Shown here piece by piece: positions 36,844 through 50,502 of a DNA stretch of 64,000 nucleotides. The stretch is from Stegostoma tigrinum (lineage: Eukaryota). The notes beneath the pieces are model-generated. The model was not told the origin of the DNA. It was given only the letters and a program-made list of their open reading frames with translations, and made no database searches. Location of the stretch: the NCBI RefSeq assembly GCF_030684315.1, contig NC_081397.1:10378421-10442420 (forward strand), read 5' to 3'. The position numbers and the translations under genes are program-made. Numbering within the stretch: position 1 is the stretch's first letter; every line of letters begins with the position of its first letter.

Positions 36844-38969
36844 CTGCAACCGGAACACACAAGAAAAGGAACGAAACCTCATCTGTTGGTCCTTATCTGA
36901 TAGAAACACTTGTCAGAAAGGCACGAGAACGGATGCAGAGTCGACAAACTCAAAATCCTATCTCAATCTCTCTCTCTCTCTGCCCCACGCCCTCCCCTCC
37001 CTGACAGATGCTGTCAGACCGGTTGAGTTGCCCCAGTGCTCTCTATGTTGGTTTCAGATCTCCAGAACCCTGCACTGTGTTGCTTTTGCAACCTTACAAG
37101 CTGTGTTCCTTGCTTCAGACACCAGTGCCCCCACTCCTGGTGAAATGGTGTCCTCTGTTGTTCAAGCATAGAGGAAAGATATGGCTAACACATTTCAAAA
37201 TAACATTGCATCACTGTCAGAAAGGATACACAGGACAATGAGACGACATTGCTTGGGAATGGTGTACATATGACCAGAGGATCAGAAGTAGGCCATTCAG
37301 CCCATCTGGCTGCTCCACCTTTCAACCATGACTGTGGCTGAACTGCTCATTCTTAACTCTACTTTGCTGCCCATCCACCCCTTGCCCCATAACCTTTGCT
37401 TCTCCTTCCTGATTGAAAATCTCTCTCAAACTTGAATATACTGAATGACCCGGCAATGACAGCCCTCTGTGGTAAAGAACTTCACAGATTCACTCCCGTC
37501 AGAAGAAGAAATTCCTCATCTCCATCTTCAATGGACGAACGCCTATGACATGATGCCCCTCTGGACCCAAATTCTCCCACACGAGGGGCAATGGCTCCCG
37601 GTCAAATTCCTCAAAGGATCTTCAATGAGGCCTCCTCTCATTCCTATAAACTCCAATGAGGATAGGCCCAACAGACTCAATCTCTCCCTCATCAGACACT
37701 CCCTCCATACTCGGGATCAGCCGAGTGAACCTTCTTTGAACCTGCCTCCAATGCTAGACTCTCCTTCCTTAGATACGAGGCCACAAAACTGCTCACCGTA
37801 TCCCAGCTCTGTCTTGTATGGTTTTCTTTAGAAAAATTTCCCAACATTTATCTCACATTGAAGGCTAACCTTTCGGGCCTCGACCCGATGTTTCGTCTAA
37901 ATCCTTCTTCTGAAGAAGGATCTCGGCCCGGAACGTCAGCTTTCCTGCTCTTCTGATGCTGCTGGGTCTGCTGTGTTTATCCAGCTCTACACCTTGTTAT
38001 CTTAGATTCTCCAGCATCTGCAGTTCTACTATCTCTGAAACAATTTTAACCTGGATTGCAAGAAATAGTTTTCATCTGAAATCCTCAAGCAGTTGAGAAT
38101 CTCTGTCCCTTTGTGATTTACAGCTGGTTTTGAGGGCGTTGCTAACATACCACAACATCAGACAGAGTTACAGCGTGCCATGGTGTGATTGGAGATCCCC
38201 AGTGGGCAGATTTTATGCCATTCCCACTCAGTGGGCGATATGTACTCGCTGAGGAACAAGCTATGGTAGTTCTATCCCTCTGTAAAATCAGCAATTACCA
38301 CAAATCTGCCTTATTTATTTCCTCTTTCTGTCCCTCCTCTGTCCCACCCTGTAATCAATTCTCCTTCTCTGTTTACATTTAAAACAAATGCATTCCCCTT
38401 TGAATCGACTTTTTTTGAAAAAATGCTAATCTGTTTCCGACTCTCTTGCAATTTATTGCACGTGGCTGTTACTTTAGCCCTCTGTTTGCTGTATTTGGGC
38501 AGTTTAATTGTTGACTTCATGGCAGATCGGTCCTTTTTACAGCAGAACTCCCAGGTTTCCCCTTGTTTCCTGTGGCTATCGGCCTGAAGAAGGCTAATAT
38601 CAGAAATGTTGACTGCTCCTTTCCTCCACATGCTGCCTGGCTTGTCCTTCCAGCCTCCCGTTTGTCTGTCTCGACTGTATCTTCAGCTAAAGGGGAGGGC
38701 ATGGCTCAGTGAATGTCTACGTGTGTGTGTGTGTGTCACAGAGAGCGAGAGAGAGGGCGTGTTTCATTGAAAGGAAGAGTTTGGAGGTTTAAAGGGGATG
38801 TGAGGTAAAAGGTTTTTACCCAGAGAGTGCTGGGGAATCTGGTACTCACTGCCTGTGAGGGTGGGAGAGGCATAAACCCTCATCACATTGAAGAAGGATT
38901 TAGATGTGCACTTGTGATTCAAAGGCTATGGGCCAACTGCTGGGAAAATGGGATTAGGGAATAGGGATA

Positions 38970-39093
38970 GATAGGAGGAACTGCAGATGCTGGAGAATCT
39001 GAGATAACAAAGTGTCGAGCTGGATGAACACAGCAGCCAACCAGCATCAGACGAGCAGGAAGACTGATGTTTCGGGCCTAGACCCTTCTTCAG
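38970..39093 (-). mobile_element. PLE terminal fragment with hammerhead variant
   Basis: 39064-39093 minus: CTGAAGAAGGGTCTAGGCCCGAAACATCAG. A related degenerate copy lies at 37910-38055(+). Confidence 0.8.
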
Positions 39094-39264
39094 CAATGCT
39101 TAAGAATCTTGCTGCATTGACCCCCATCACCAAACCCCAACCTGTCCATTCTTCTCAGGGTTTTCGAAATTGCATTGAGATCATCTCTTGATCTCCCAGA
39201 TCCGGATGATACAGAGTGCCCAAACTCCCTTCCCAGCTCACTGCCTCATTGTGAAAAATGTGCG

Positions 39265-40030
39265 CAATCACACACTCTCTCTCTCACAGACTCACACACA
39301 CACACGCTCATGCATGTAGATTCACACACATAGTCAGACTCTCACACACACTCACACCAGCCTTCCCCTCACTCTATGCTCCACATCCTGTTTCCGCTCA
39401 GTCTCACCCCAACTCCATCCTCCTTGACTAACCCCCACCCCCACAATTCAGTCCCTTTTCTCGCTATTCTCCCTCTCACGCACCGCACACGCACAAAGAC
39501 ACGCACACACTGACATGGTCACATATTCACACACAGTCTGACAGACACATACACACTGGAACAATTTCACACACACGTCCTTCACAGGTGCGTGTGCACA
39601 CACACGGTCTGACACACAGTCACACCAGTTTGCATTCACACAAACACATGTTTGCTCAAACAAATTCATTCACAAAATTACATTGAATATCACACACCCA
39701 CACACACTCAGAACTGTCATAATCTCTCTCACATTCCCTTACACATTCACATGCAATCACAGTTTATGCTCAGACTCTTGTACAAACTCACATTATCTCA
39801 CACATAATTTCAAACAAACTCACACTCACCCACATACAGCCTCTTAAACTCACAGAAAAACACATTCACAACACACTCTTGCTCTCTCTCGCACACACAC
39901 ACTCTCACACACTGTCACACACATTCACGCACAGCCACACAAAACATCCTACGCGCACATTTAATCTCACAAAACATCTCAGACGGTCGTTGACATAAAC
40001 TTTCCTCAAACATTTTCTCTCACATATATT
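39265..40030. repeat. Degenerate CA-rich low-complexity tract
   Basis: Continuous interrupted CACACA/CTCACA runs. Confidence 0.85.
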
Positions 40031-40499
40031 CCTTCCCTTACCCTCTACCCCTCCCCACCACGATATCTCACCCTCCGTCCCGCACCCTCCCCCCTCCCTC
40101 CCACCCACACATGAGCGACGGATGGAAGGGGCGATGCTGGTGACCCAGGGGAGACTGTGGCTGACGTGTTGGCTCACTGCACCTTGCATCACCTTCCCGT
40201 CCCTGAGAGTAATCCCCAAGTTCGGTCTCTGATACCCGCCTCACATTGGATCACCGGGGGTTCCACCAACGCACCTTGATTTTAAAAAAGAAATCCACCA
40301 ATTTGTTGTGTGTTACAATTTTATTCATCTCCAAAGGCAGCATTGTTGTGTACAAAAGCAAATATCATCAAGAAATTACATTTACAATAACACAGCGACA
40401 GATTAAACCCATCCCAATGTACACCATCCATGAACAATACTTTCCATTGCTTCATAAACACTGGGACCATTGTGTTTTCATTTAGTTTTCCATCTCAAC

Positions 40500-41300
40500 A
40501 CAGGGTTCGGAGGGAGGGGGAGCTGTGAAGGAGGATGCAGAGATGCTTCCATGCCATTGGGTCAAATTGAGTGAGTGGGCAAATGCACGGCTGATGCAGT
40601 TTGATGTGGATTGATGTGAGGCTACCACTTTGGGAGAAATAAGAAAACAGGAATGCAGATTATTATCGAAATGGTGATGGATCGGGAAAGCAGCATGGAG
40701 GACAGGAGTTGGAACATCATGTTGTGGCTGTACAAGGCATTGATAAGGATATTCTTGTTGCATTGTGTACAGTTCTGGTCATGTTGCTACAGGAAGGATG
40801 TTATTCAATTGGAAAGGGTGAAAAAAATGAACATAACCATGTTGTCAGGAATGGAGAGTTTGGGCTATAAGGATAGGCTGTTTTTTTTTTTCCAGAGCAT
40901 CGGAGGCTGAGGGGTGACCCTTTGAAGGTTTTAAAAATCATGAGGGACATAGATAAGGTGAAAGCCAAGGTCTTTAACCCCAGGGTTGGAGAGTCCAAAA
41001 GTGGAGGGCATAGGTTTAAGGTGAGAAGGGAAAGGTTTAGAAGGGGCCTGAGGGGCAAATCTTTCGCACAGACAGTGGTGGGTATATGGAATGAGCTGTC
41101 AGGGGAAGTGGCGGAGGTGGGTAAAATTATAAATATTTGAAAGAAATTTTGGCAGATACATGGATAGGAAAGGTTGGAAGGGATATGGTTCAAACACAGG
41201 TAAACAGGGCTGGGTCAGTTTAGGAAACCAGGTTGGCATGGACGAGTTAGGCCGAAGAGTCACAGAGCACAGAAATAGCCCCGATGACTCTATGATGAGG
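40500..41300 (+). mobile_element. Degraded CR1 3' fragment
   Basis: LYKALIR..HCVQFWS..YRKDVIQLERV and GHRFKVRRERF..VVGIWNEL. Confidence 0.8.
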
Positions 41301-42819
41301 GGCACAAATGCTGTCTTTACCAGCAATGCCCCACATCCTTCGCCTGAACGAGGGGTCATCGTGATTAAAAAACAGCAATAAGCCAGTCACCATCCTTACT
41401 GGCTCGAATGTGAACAATTCATCAGCACAGTCCTGCTGTTCCATTCAAAGGTACCTGGTACCTATTGACCAGACCCTTTGGCCCTCGCGCTGGTGTTGTC
41501 CCTGTTGGTGTTCACCAGTTTGCAATCGGACTTGCGCTGCTCCTTTCTTGGTGGCCAGCAATTGTCAGATCCAGACGGCGTCGATGTTAAAATCTTAACG
41601 TCTTCTACCAAGCCTGTACTTACATCAACCCAAACCCTTTTGTGGTGCAGCGAGAGTGTCTGTATGTCGGGACTAAAAAGCCGACATTTTTTAATTCATG
41701 GGATGAGGGCATTGCTGGCCAGGCCAACATTTGTTGCCCATCCTTAGCTGTCCAGGGGGCTGTTAAAAATCAACCACTTTGCTGTGGGTCTGGAGTCACA
41801 TGAAGGCCAGGCCAGGTAAGGATAGCAGTTTCCTTCCCTAAACCACGTGAGTGAACCAGATGGGGTTTCCCAACAATTGATTCACAGTCACCATCAGACT
41901 CTCAATTACAGGATTTTGATGAATTTAAATTCCACAATCTGTGTTGCAGGATTTGAACCCGGGTCCCCAGAACATCACTGGAACATCTGGATTAACAGTT
42001 CCGCGATAATCCCATGAGGCCATCGCTTCCCCATTCAAAGGTCAAGCCTGCCACTCTGGAGGTGTGTGATCCCCCATCCTGACAATGTGGCGTTTCCAAA
42101 ATACCTGCAGCGGAGAGAAACCCCCTACGTTCCCATTCCCACAATGGGTTTTGGAATCTCAGAAAGCCGAGTTGAAGTGTCCAGCAGGGGTTTTGGTTCT
42201 TTGGGAGATCTAGTCTTTTCCGTATAGACTCTGTTTCATCCATGCCTTTTCTATCCAGTTTGTTCAGTGGCTTGCAGCTCAGTGTGTGTTCCTTCTGTGG
42301 GGCCAGAAGTTGCTCCTTCCAACCCCACACCCCAGGTCTCTTTCGCCCTGGAATGTAACCATTGAAATTGGCTGGTTTCTCCTTTTATATATCTCCCAAC
42401 TGTCAGATCCTTCTGGCAATTCCTGTTCAAAGTTGGTCAGAATAGGGGAGATTCCTGTTCCATGCGCACAAGGTGGCAGATGATGTCTTCCTCCCCTTAA
42501 ACATGGACCAACTGAAAAGCTCAATCCTCAGACATGTACATGAGAGGGAAGGAGAGGCAGGTATTAAATTTCCAAAGACCACAGCTGCTGAAATAGTTTT
42601 GAATTTACAAAACTAACGGCCTGCAATGTCCAGAACAGACCAACAGATGCAACAACATGAAATTAGCTTCACAATGAGTGGAGCAGAACAACGTGTGAAA
42701 GATGGTTTCCATCGCAAAGTTCACAAGTTTGCGATCTGTACACAGGAGTTACATTGTACCTCTTCACCAGACAGTCTATAAAAATCGAATGACCCGCCTC
42801 TCATCTGTCTTCTTCTTTC

Positions 42820-42939
42820 TTACTTGTGTGGAATATTCTCGTAAACATTTCCATCCGCTCTGTCTTCTTCCTCTGAGAGCTCGCTGAGGTTCAGTGTGGC
42901 GTATGTGATACAGGAATCATTGGGGTCAGGCTTGGCATC
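42820..42939 (-). CDS. Fc-receptor-like Ig receptor, terminal coding exon (ITIM ITYATL; NVYENI)
   Basis: TTCCAATTGCAG acceptor, phase 0. DAKPDPNDSCITYATLNLSELSEEEDRADGNVYENIPHK*. Confidence 0.88.
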   Translation of the reverse strand, partial: DAKPDPNDSCITYATLNLSELSEEEDRADGNVYENIPHK

Positions 42940-44009
42940 CTGCAATTGGAATGATATTGGAATGGAATTGGAATTGAGTGGGAGCAGGAAGGTGAAGAGG
43001 TGGGAGAGGCCATTTGTAGTTAAAGGTAGGAGTGGATATCAGTGGGAAACAGGAATCACCAACAGGAAGTTCAGTGCCACAAGTTAGGAATCTGGGTAGT
43101 GCAGTGGTAATTTCCCTACCTCTGAGCCAGGAGGCTGGGGGTCAAGTCCCACCTGTGCCTGAGGTGTGCCATACAGATGATAAAAGTGGGAAGGTGATGT
43201 CAGAGCTGTACAGGACTTTGGTGAGGCTGCAGCTGGAGCACTGTGTGCAGTTCCAGTCTCCGCACTATAGTAAGGATGTAATTGCACTGGAGGGGGTGCA
43301 GAGGGATATTCACCAAGATATTGCCTGGGTCAGAACATTTCACCAGTGAAGTGAGGCTGGACAGGCTCAGGTCGATGCTTGGAGCAGAAAAGGCTGAAAG
43401 GGCTTTTGATTTGTTTCCATTCACTCAGGGACATTGGCATTGCTGGCTGGGCCCAGCATTTGTTGCCCTGTCCCTAGCTGCCCTCTTGAGAAGGTGGTAT
43501 TGAGCCGCCTTCTTGAGCTGCTCCAGCCCCATTTCCTGTAGGTTGACTCACAATGCGCTTCAGGAGGGAACTCCAGGATTTTCACCCAGTGACACTGAAA
43601 GAACAGCCAATGTATTTCCAAGTTGGGATGGTGAGCGGCTTGGAGGGGAACACACAAGGGGTGGTGTAGCCATGTATCCGCTGCCCGTGTCCTTCTGGAT
43701 GGATGTGGCTGTGGGTTAGGAAGGTGCCGTCTGGGGATCTTTGGGAAATTTCTGTTGTGTATCTTGTAGATGGTACATACTGTAGCTACCAATTGGGTGT
43801 GAATGACAATGAACTGGCAACTATTTAATGTCACGGTCAGTGATGTTTTAATTCTGTACAGGAGTAACTGGAACACCAACACCAGTAATGCCACAAGTTT
43901 GAAACTCACTTATCTCCAGGCACTGGAAGTGGAATGTGAAACAGTGAGTGACCTACTCCATTGATAAAGCATTGCTGGATATTTCCCACTGTGTTTAAAG
44001 GCAGGCACA

Positions 44010-44780
44010 AAGCTGGGGGTGAGGGGAGCTGTGAAGGAGGCTACAGGATGCTTCAGTGTGATTTGGACAATTCAGTAAGTGGCAGCTAATGTAGATCAGC
44101 ATGAGGTTAACCAACTGAGAGCAAAAACAGGAAGGTGGTGATTATCCAAACAGTGATGGAATGGGAGTGGGGGAGGTGCAATGAGACCTGCGTGTCCCCC
44201 GTACATCAATCGCTGAAAGTGAGTATCGCAGGGGCAGCGGGTGGTGAAGGAGGCAAATGAGATGCCGGCCTTCAAGCGAGAGGGTTCGAGCCCAGGAGCC
44301 GGGATATCTTGCTGCAATTGTACAGGGTGAGACCAAACCCTGGAGTATTGTGTGTGCAGTTTGGGGTCTCCTTATCTGAGAAAGGATGTTCTGGCTATGG
44401 AGGGAGTGCAGTGAAGGTTTCACAGACTGATTCCTGGGATGGCAGGATGGACACATGAAGAGAGACTGGATTGGCTAGGATTATATTCACTGCAGTTTAG
44501 GCGAATAAGGGAAGAATCTCATAGAAATCTGTAAAATTCTAACAGGACTAAATACGGTAAACACTGGAAGGATGTTCCTAGTGACTGGGAGGAAGTCAAG
44601 AACCAGGGGTCACAATATAAAGGAGATAGGTAAGGACTGAGATGAGGCGAAATGTCTTCACCAAGAGAGTGGGATCCTTGTGGGATTCTCTGCGACAGAA
44701 CGCAGTCAGGACCAGAAAATTGAATGGGGAGAGCAGGCTGGAATGGCTGAATGGCCGACTCCAGCTCCTAATTTGTAAGG
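44010..44780 (+). mobile_element. Degraded CR1 fragment (intronic)
   Basis: GGAGTATTGTGTG..CAGTTTGGGG..AAGGATGTTCTGGC..AATGTCTTCACC..GAGAGTGG; CR1 3' tail. Confidence 0.75.
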
Positions 44781-44905
44781 TATTTCCTGTGATCAGTCTG
44801 ATATGAACCAATAGTTAATGTTTTACTGCGCGGATGTAAGTTATAAATTACCTGCACTTCCTGTGGCAATAGCTGTGGTCTATTTAGGCTTAAAATGTAA
44901 CATAC

Positions 44906-44940
44906 CTCCTTCCCATTCGAGGAGAAACCAACACTGCTGC
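44906..44940 (-). CDS. Ig receptor cytoplasmic exon (35 nt, phase 1-0)
   Basis: GTTTTATTTTCAG acceptor, GTATGT donor; (G)SSVGFSSNGKE. It supplies exactly the phase needed to join 47680 to 42939. Confidence 0.8.
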
Positions 44941-45614
44941 CTGAAAATAAAACAGACTAAGTTGAGAAGGAACTCTTTGGAGACATTGACGATTCAATTT
45001 GGACGAATTGAAGGCTGATCAACATTAAAGATGTAACTGAATCTTTCAAAAGCATGGCTGTGTTTTTATATTGGTGCAATGCTTAATAAATTGTCCTCCT
45101 CAATCAGCCCAGAAACTTCAGAAGATTGCATTTAGAAACCTCGCTCTGGCTAAAGCCTACAATTTGCATTCAGGTCAATCACACAGCGGGTCAGTTTTTT
45201 AGGATGCAGGTCATTGCAACATCTTCAGCAGGCCGCCTTAATCTTATCAGCCTTTGCATGACTCGCCCTGTTGTTATACATGAAAACGACAAGAGTGAAC
45301 CATACAGATAACGTCCATTTGGGTTTTAGAGTCACACAGCATGCAAACAGACCCTTTGGTCCATCGAGTCCATGCCAAGCATAATCCCAAATTAAAATGG
45401 TTCCATCTGCCTGCATCTGGCCCATATCCCTCCAAACCATTTCAATTAATGTACTTAAAGTGTCCACTGTCAACTTTAATTCCTTTAAAATAAATTCAAC
45501 AGTTGCTCATAAATGTAGGAATTTAGGAAAGAACACTATTTCAACTCAAGAGTTTAATACACTTAGTCTCGTGTCAAACCATCTGAAGAACTAAACTAGA
45601 CTCACCATATTGTC

Positions 45615-45820
45615 GACAAACACAGCAAGTCAGGCAGAACTCGGAGAAAAGGAGCAGTCAACACCTCAGGCACAACCCCCACTTCCAGCCCCGAAGAAGG
45701 GCCATACCCGAAACGCTGACCGCTGCCTCCCTCCAGACGTTGCCTGGCTTGCTGTGTTCTTCCAGCCTCCTGGTTTGTCTATCTTGGATTCCAACATCTG
45801 CAGCTTTTTTGTCTCTATAC
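45615..45820. mobile_element. Palindromic pair of old PLE terminal fragments
   Basis: AACACAGCAAGTCAGGCA...(decayed hammerhead CCGAAGAAGGGCCATACCCGAAACG, 45691-45715)...TGCCTGGCTTGCTGTGTT. Confidence 0.65.
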
Positions 45821-47135
45821 TTATCATATTAGTTGCAATGAGAAACTCTAATTTGTTCAGTTTTGTTTCATTGAAAGTCACACACCTTAGGAAAGAAACA
45901 TTGTTTATTGAGAACTTACTGTATTCCAGGATTGCTTTTTATGCAAAAATAGGAATTTGAGAATGAATGGACATCCACTCTTGGATGTTATATCTCTGCC
46001 AATGTTGTCCCTTTCAGGACAGCTTCAATAACAATGTGAACATGGTCAAAGGTAGAAGATAGAGGGTGGTTTTAGCTGTTGCATGCTGATAGTTCCAGAT
46101 AGCTCAGTTGGCTAGATGGCTGGTTTTTGTCATACATTACATGCCAACCCTTGCCAACAGCATGGGTACAATTCCCACACCAGCTGAGGCTACCCTGAAG
46201 GATGCTCCTTCTGAACCTCTCCCCTCTCCTGAGGCGTGGTGATTCTCTAAAAGTTAAAACACCACCCAGTTCCCCTTCACTCTCTCTCTCCTATGAAAGA
46301 GCAGGCTGGTGGCTATGTAGAACATGACCATTTACTACTCATTCCCTTCAGACAAAGGCTAGAATGTGTTTGAATTCCATTGTACACAAGGCCAACTTCA
46401 GTTCAAATGTCCCTTGTGGGTGTTGACAGGTATCCGTGTGATAATTGTAAGTTCATCTTTCTGAGCAACAATATGACATGCGGTGCTTTTATTTTCTCTG
46501 TCATCTCAAATCAGCAGGTGGTAGCATTTTGCATATCCGCCTTGCGTATTATATGAGGAAAATGGAACTTGCTTTCTCTCTATCCATAGATGCTGCCAGA
46601 CCTGCTGAGCTCCTCCAGAAATATTTGAATTTATTTCTGATGTCCAGCATCCACAGTTCTTAGTTTTAAGAGAAAATGATCTACGTCTGCCTCAGTTAAG
46701 TGTAAAATGCATGTCCCACTGCTTATGTCACGCACAGAATGTTTCTACATGTACTAAACAGTAATTGGGAAGCGACCGCCTTCATAACACAGTCACCAAC
46801 ACACACGGCGATATATTTTTATTTCATTCATTCACAAGGTGTCACTGGCCAGGCCAGCATTTATTGCCCACCCCTAACTGTCTCCATTGCTGTGGGTCTG
46901 GAGTCACATGTTGGCCTGACCAGGTAAGGATTGCAGCTTCCTTCCCTAAAAAGCATTGGTAAATTCATTGGGCTTTTCCACAACAATTTCATGGTCATTG
47001 AACTCTGAATTCCAGATATTTATTGAATTCAAATTCTGTGGGAGGATTCAAACCCAGGTCCCCAGGACATTAGCCAGGGTCTTTGGATTAACAGTGAAGT
47101 GATAATATAACTAGACCATACCCCTTCTGTTTGGA

Positions 47136-47330
47136 ATAACCAGATGCGGTGCTGGATGAACACAGCAGGCCAGGCAGGGTCAGAGGAGCAAGAAAGAGGA
47201 CATTTCAGGTCTGGACTCTTCTTCATTTTCTGAAACATCGGCTTTCCTGCTCCTCTGATGCTGCCCTGGCCTGCTGTGTTCATCCAGCTCCACACCTTGT
47301 TATCTCAGACTCCAGCATTGGCAGTCCCTG
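47136..47330. mobile_element. Palindromic pair of PLE terminal fragments (hairpin)
   Basis: GCTGGATGAACACAGCAGGCCAGG..TCAGAGGAGCA versus TGCTCCTCTGA..CCTGGCCTGCTGTGTTCATCCAGC. Confidence 0.8.
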
Positions 47331-47679
47331 TTAACCATTTCTCATTGCTCTGTGTGTCTGTTCTGAGTCACTGACAACATATAAATCATCTCCAAATCCT
47401 TGACCCTATCTGCAGGGGAATAAAGGGTCATGGCAGATCAGATCGGGGCTTGTTTCTGATTGGCTGGTTCACTGTCCATTCATTCACAAATCTGGATGTT
47501 TCTTTTGGTAGACCCTCTGTTCCCTCACACTCCTGTCACTGCAAGCACTGTGGTATTTCTCTATTTGGAACTGGCCACACACCGGCGTTTCCACAGTAAC
47601 TGGGATCATGATATTGTTGGAGCTGCAACGATCCTCTGTCTCTCTCTTAAACATAGCATTAAACAAACAAAATATTTAC

Positions 47680-47739
47680 CAGACTCTGTTCTCTTTTTGG
47701 TGGTGACCACTGAATAAACTATATCCGCAGCGGCGTTTT
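47680..47739 (-). CDS. Ig receptor cytoplasmic exon (60 nt, phase 1-1; ITIM IVYSVV)
   Basis: CTTTATTTCTTTGTAG acceptor, GTAAAT donor; (E)NAAADIVYSVVTTKKRTES. Confidence 0.88.
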
Positions 47740-48567
47740 CTACAAAGAAATAAAGTGCACATGAAAAACACACATCAATCAGAGAGCAGCGCTATAATGG
47801 GCTAAATGACACATGCAACATCAATGCACAGATTCATGGATAGATAATAAATTTCAGAGCTGGATGGACAAATTTAATCGACTGATGGACGGATAGACAG
47901 ATGGATGTTTTAAGATAGAGATAGATAGCTTCTTGATTAAAAAGGGGGATCAAGGGTGATGGGAGAAGGAAGGGGAATGAGATTGACAAACACATCAGCC
48001 TTGGTCAAGTGGCACAGCTGACCTGATGGAAAGAATGGCCTAATTCTGCTCCTATATGTTAGGTCCTGTAGCCTCATTTAGATAAGAAGACGCATAGATA
48101 AATAAATATGCATGCAGTTAATATCCTTGGAGATCATTCAGTTCACTACAACCACTATAAAGACTGCTGTACAGGAAGCTTGCTTCCCTTCATTATCACT
48201 TGCATGGAGCACTTGTGTCTCTGAGGAGCCAAGCCTTTGTACACAATCACTCATTGTAACCAACATCAGTTGGATTTCTCAATACCAGAGTACTGCGCCC
48301 TCAGTTTCCGACATTACTTCCGATCAAATAAGCATGTTGTGTCAGGCAAAACACCCTGAAGGAGGTCCAGTCACAAGGTATTAACAGCAACAGCCGTCTG
48401 TAAAAGACACTGGTTAAAGATAGGGGCTTATAGCTCAGCAGTAGACCCATCAGCGCATCAGGTCTGTGCTGTTCAAAAGCAACCACCTCCCTATTCTCTA
48501 ATCACATTTTCCCAGCACCTGCCTCCATATCCTTGGCATCACAAGTGCACATCTCAATCTTTCTTCA

Positions 48568-49812
48568 ATAGAACATAGAACATAGAACATAGAACAGTAC
48601 AGCACAGAACAGGCCCTTCAGCCCACAATGTTGTGCCGACCATTGATCCTCATGTATGCACCCTCAAATTTCTGTGACCATATACATGTCCAGCAGTCTC
48701 TTAAATGACCCCAATGACCTTGCTTCCACAACTGCTGCTGGCAACGCATCCCATGCTCTCACAACTCTCTGCGTAAAGAACCTGCCTCTGACATCCCCTC
48801 TATACTTTCCACCAACCAGCTTAAAACTATGACCCCTCATGCTAGCCATTTCTGCCCTGGGAAATAGTCTCTGGCTATCAACTCTATCTCTGCCTCTCAT
48901 TATCTTGTATACCTCAATTCGGTCCCATCTCCTCCTCCTTTTCTCCAACGAAAAGAGACCGAGCTCAGTCAACCTCTCTTCATAAGATAAGCCCTCCAGT
49001 CCAGGCAGCATCCTGGTAAACCTCCTCTGAACCCTCTCCAAAGCATCCACATCTTTCCTATAATAGGGCACCCAGAACTGGACGCAGTATTCCAAGTGCG
49101 GTCTAACCAAAGTTTTATAGAGCTGCAACAAGATCTCACGACTCTTAAACTCAATCCCCCTGTTAATGAAAGCCAAAACACCATATGCTTTCTTAACAAC
49201 CCTGTCCACTTGGGTGGCCATTTTAAGGGATCTATGTATCTGCACACCAAGATCCCTCTGTTCCTCCACGCTGCCAAGAATCCTATCCTTAATCCTGTGC
49301 TCAGCTTTCAAATTCGACCTTCCAAAATGCATCACCTCGCATTTATCCAGGTTGAACTCCATCTGCCACCTCTCAGCCCATCTCTGCATCCTGTCAATGT
49401 CCCGCTGCAGCCTACAACAGCCCTCTACACTGTCAACGACACCTCCGACCCTTGTGTCGTCTGCAAACTTGCTGACCCATCCTTCAATTCCCTCATCCAA
49501 GTCATTAATAAAAATTACAAACAGTAGAGGCCCAAGGACAGAGCCCTGTGGAACTCCACTCACCACTGACTTCCAGGCAGAATATTTTCCTTCTACTACC
49601 ACTCGCTGTCTTCTGTTGGCCAGCCAATTCTGTATCCAAGCAGCTAAGTTCCCCTGTATCCCATTCGTCCTGACCTTCTGAATGAGCCTACCATGGGGAA
49701 CCTTATCAAATGCCTTACTGAAGTCCATATACACCATATCCACAGCTCGACCCTCAACAACCTTTCTAGTCACATCCTCAAAAAACTCGTTAAGGTTTGT
49801 AAGGCATGACCT
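48568..49812 (-). mobile_element. Young 5'-truncated CR1 LINE with uninterrupted RT C-terminal ORF (48664-49773)
   Basis: 369 aa without a stop: DFSKAFDKVPH, GVPQGSVLGP, FADD, RFFTQRVV. 3' tail (ATAGAAC)4 on the plus strand at 48568-48595. Confidence 0.96.
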
Positions 49813-50428
49813 ATGTGATGAGATATTCTGCCTCTCTCACCCTGACAGGCAGTGAGTTCCAAATTCCCCATCACTGACTGGATGAAAACATTTTCCTTCA
49901 CATCCCCGTCTAAACCTCCTGCCCCTTACCTTCAATCCATGTCCCCAACCCCCCGGTCATTGAGTCCTTCAAGAAGGGGTTGGGTTTCTTCCTGTCTCCC
50001 GTATGTCTGCCCCTTATCAGTTTATACACCTCAAAGAAGGAGGAGTTGGCATCTTTGAGGGTGAAAGGGATTGAAGTGTCTGCAGGAGAAAGCTGGGAAC
50101 TGGGGATTGAGTCGGATGGTCAGCTGTGACACTACCCAATGGGCCGGCCAATGGGCAGGCTGAATGGCCTCCGCATTTCTCTCAGAACCAGGGACTGAGT
50201 TAGATGGTTAGCTATAATCATAATGTCTGGCAGAACAGGATAGGTGGGCTGAATGGCCTAGTCCTGTTTCCTGGCTGCTGTCCTCCCCTTCAGCCTCCAC
50301 AGCTCCAAGGAAAACCACCCCATTCTAGCCCAGCTGACAGCTTGGACGATTGACCAGAATTCCTACCAGGTTATGGTGCACCGTCACTGTGTGGGGCTCT
50401 ATAACCACACCGATTCAATGGCACTCAC

Positions 50429-50502
50429 CAGCATTGTGTGCTGCTCCGATTACTGCATACTCCAGGTTGCTGGCTGCTGCCACTTCACCAGAAGCTTGGG
50501 AT
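50429..50502 (-). CDS. Ig receptor cytoplasmic exon (74 nt, phase 2-1; ITIM LEYAVI)
   Basis: CCTTCCCTTCCCCTTTCTACTGGAAATAG acceptor, GTGAGT donor; (R)SQASGEVAAASNLEYAVIGAAHNA. Confidence 0.85.

Noticed and set aside
40320-40325. AATAAA (minus strand) as the poly(A) signal of the Ig receptor
   Set aside because: Plausible (about 2.5 kb after the stop), but a lone hexamer across repeat-rich sequence cannot be supported without transcript data.
48969-49681. Additional overlapping ORFs within the CR1 and PLE copies (also 55224-56320, 61320-63468)
   Set aside because: They are alternative or antisense frames of retroelement coding sequence with no independent protein features.
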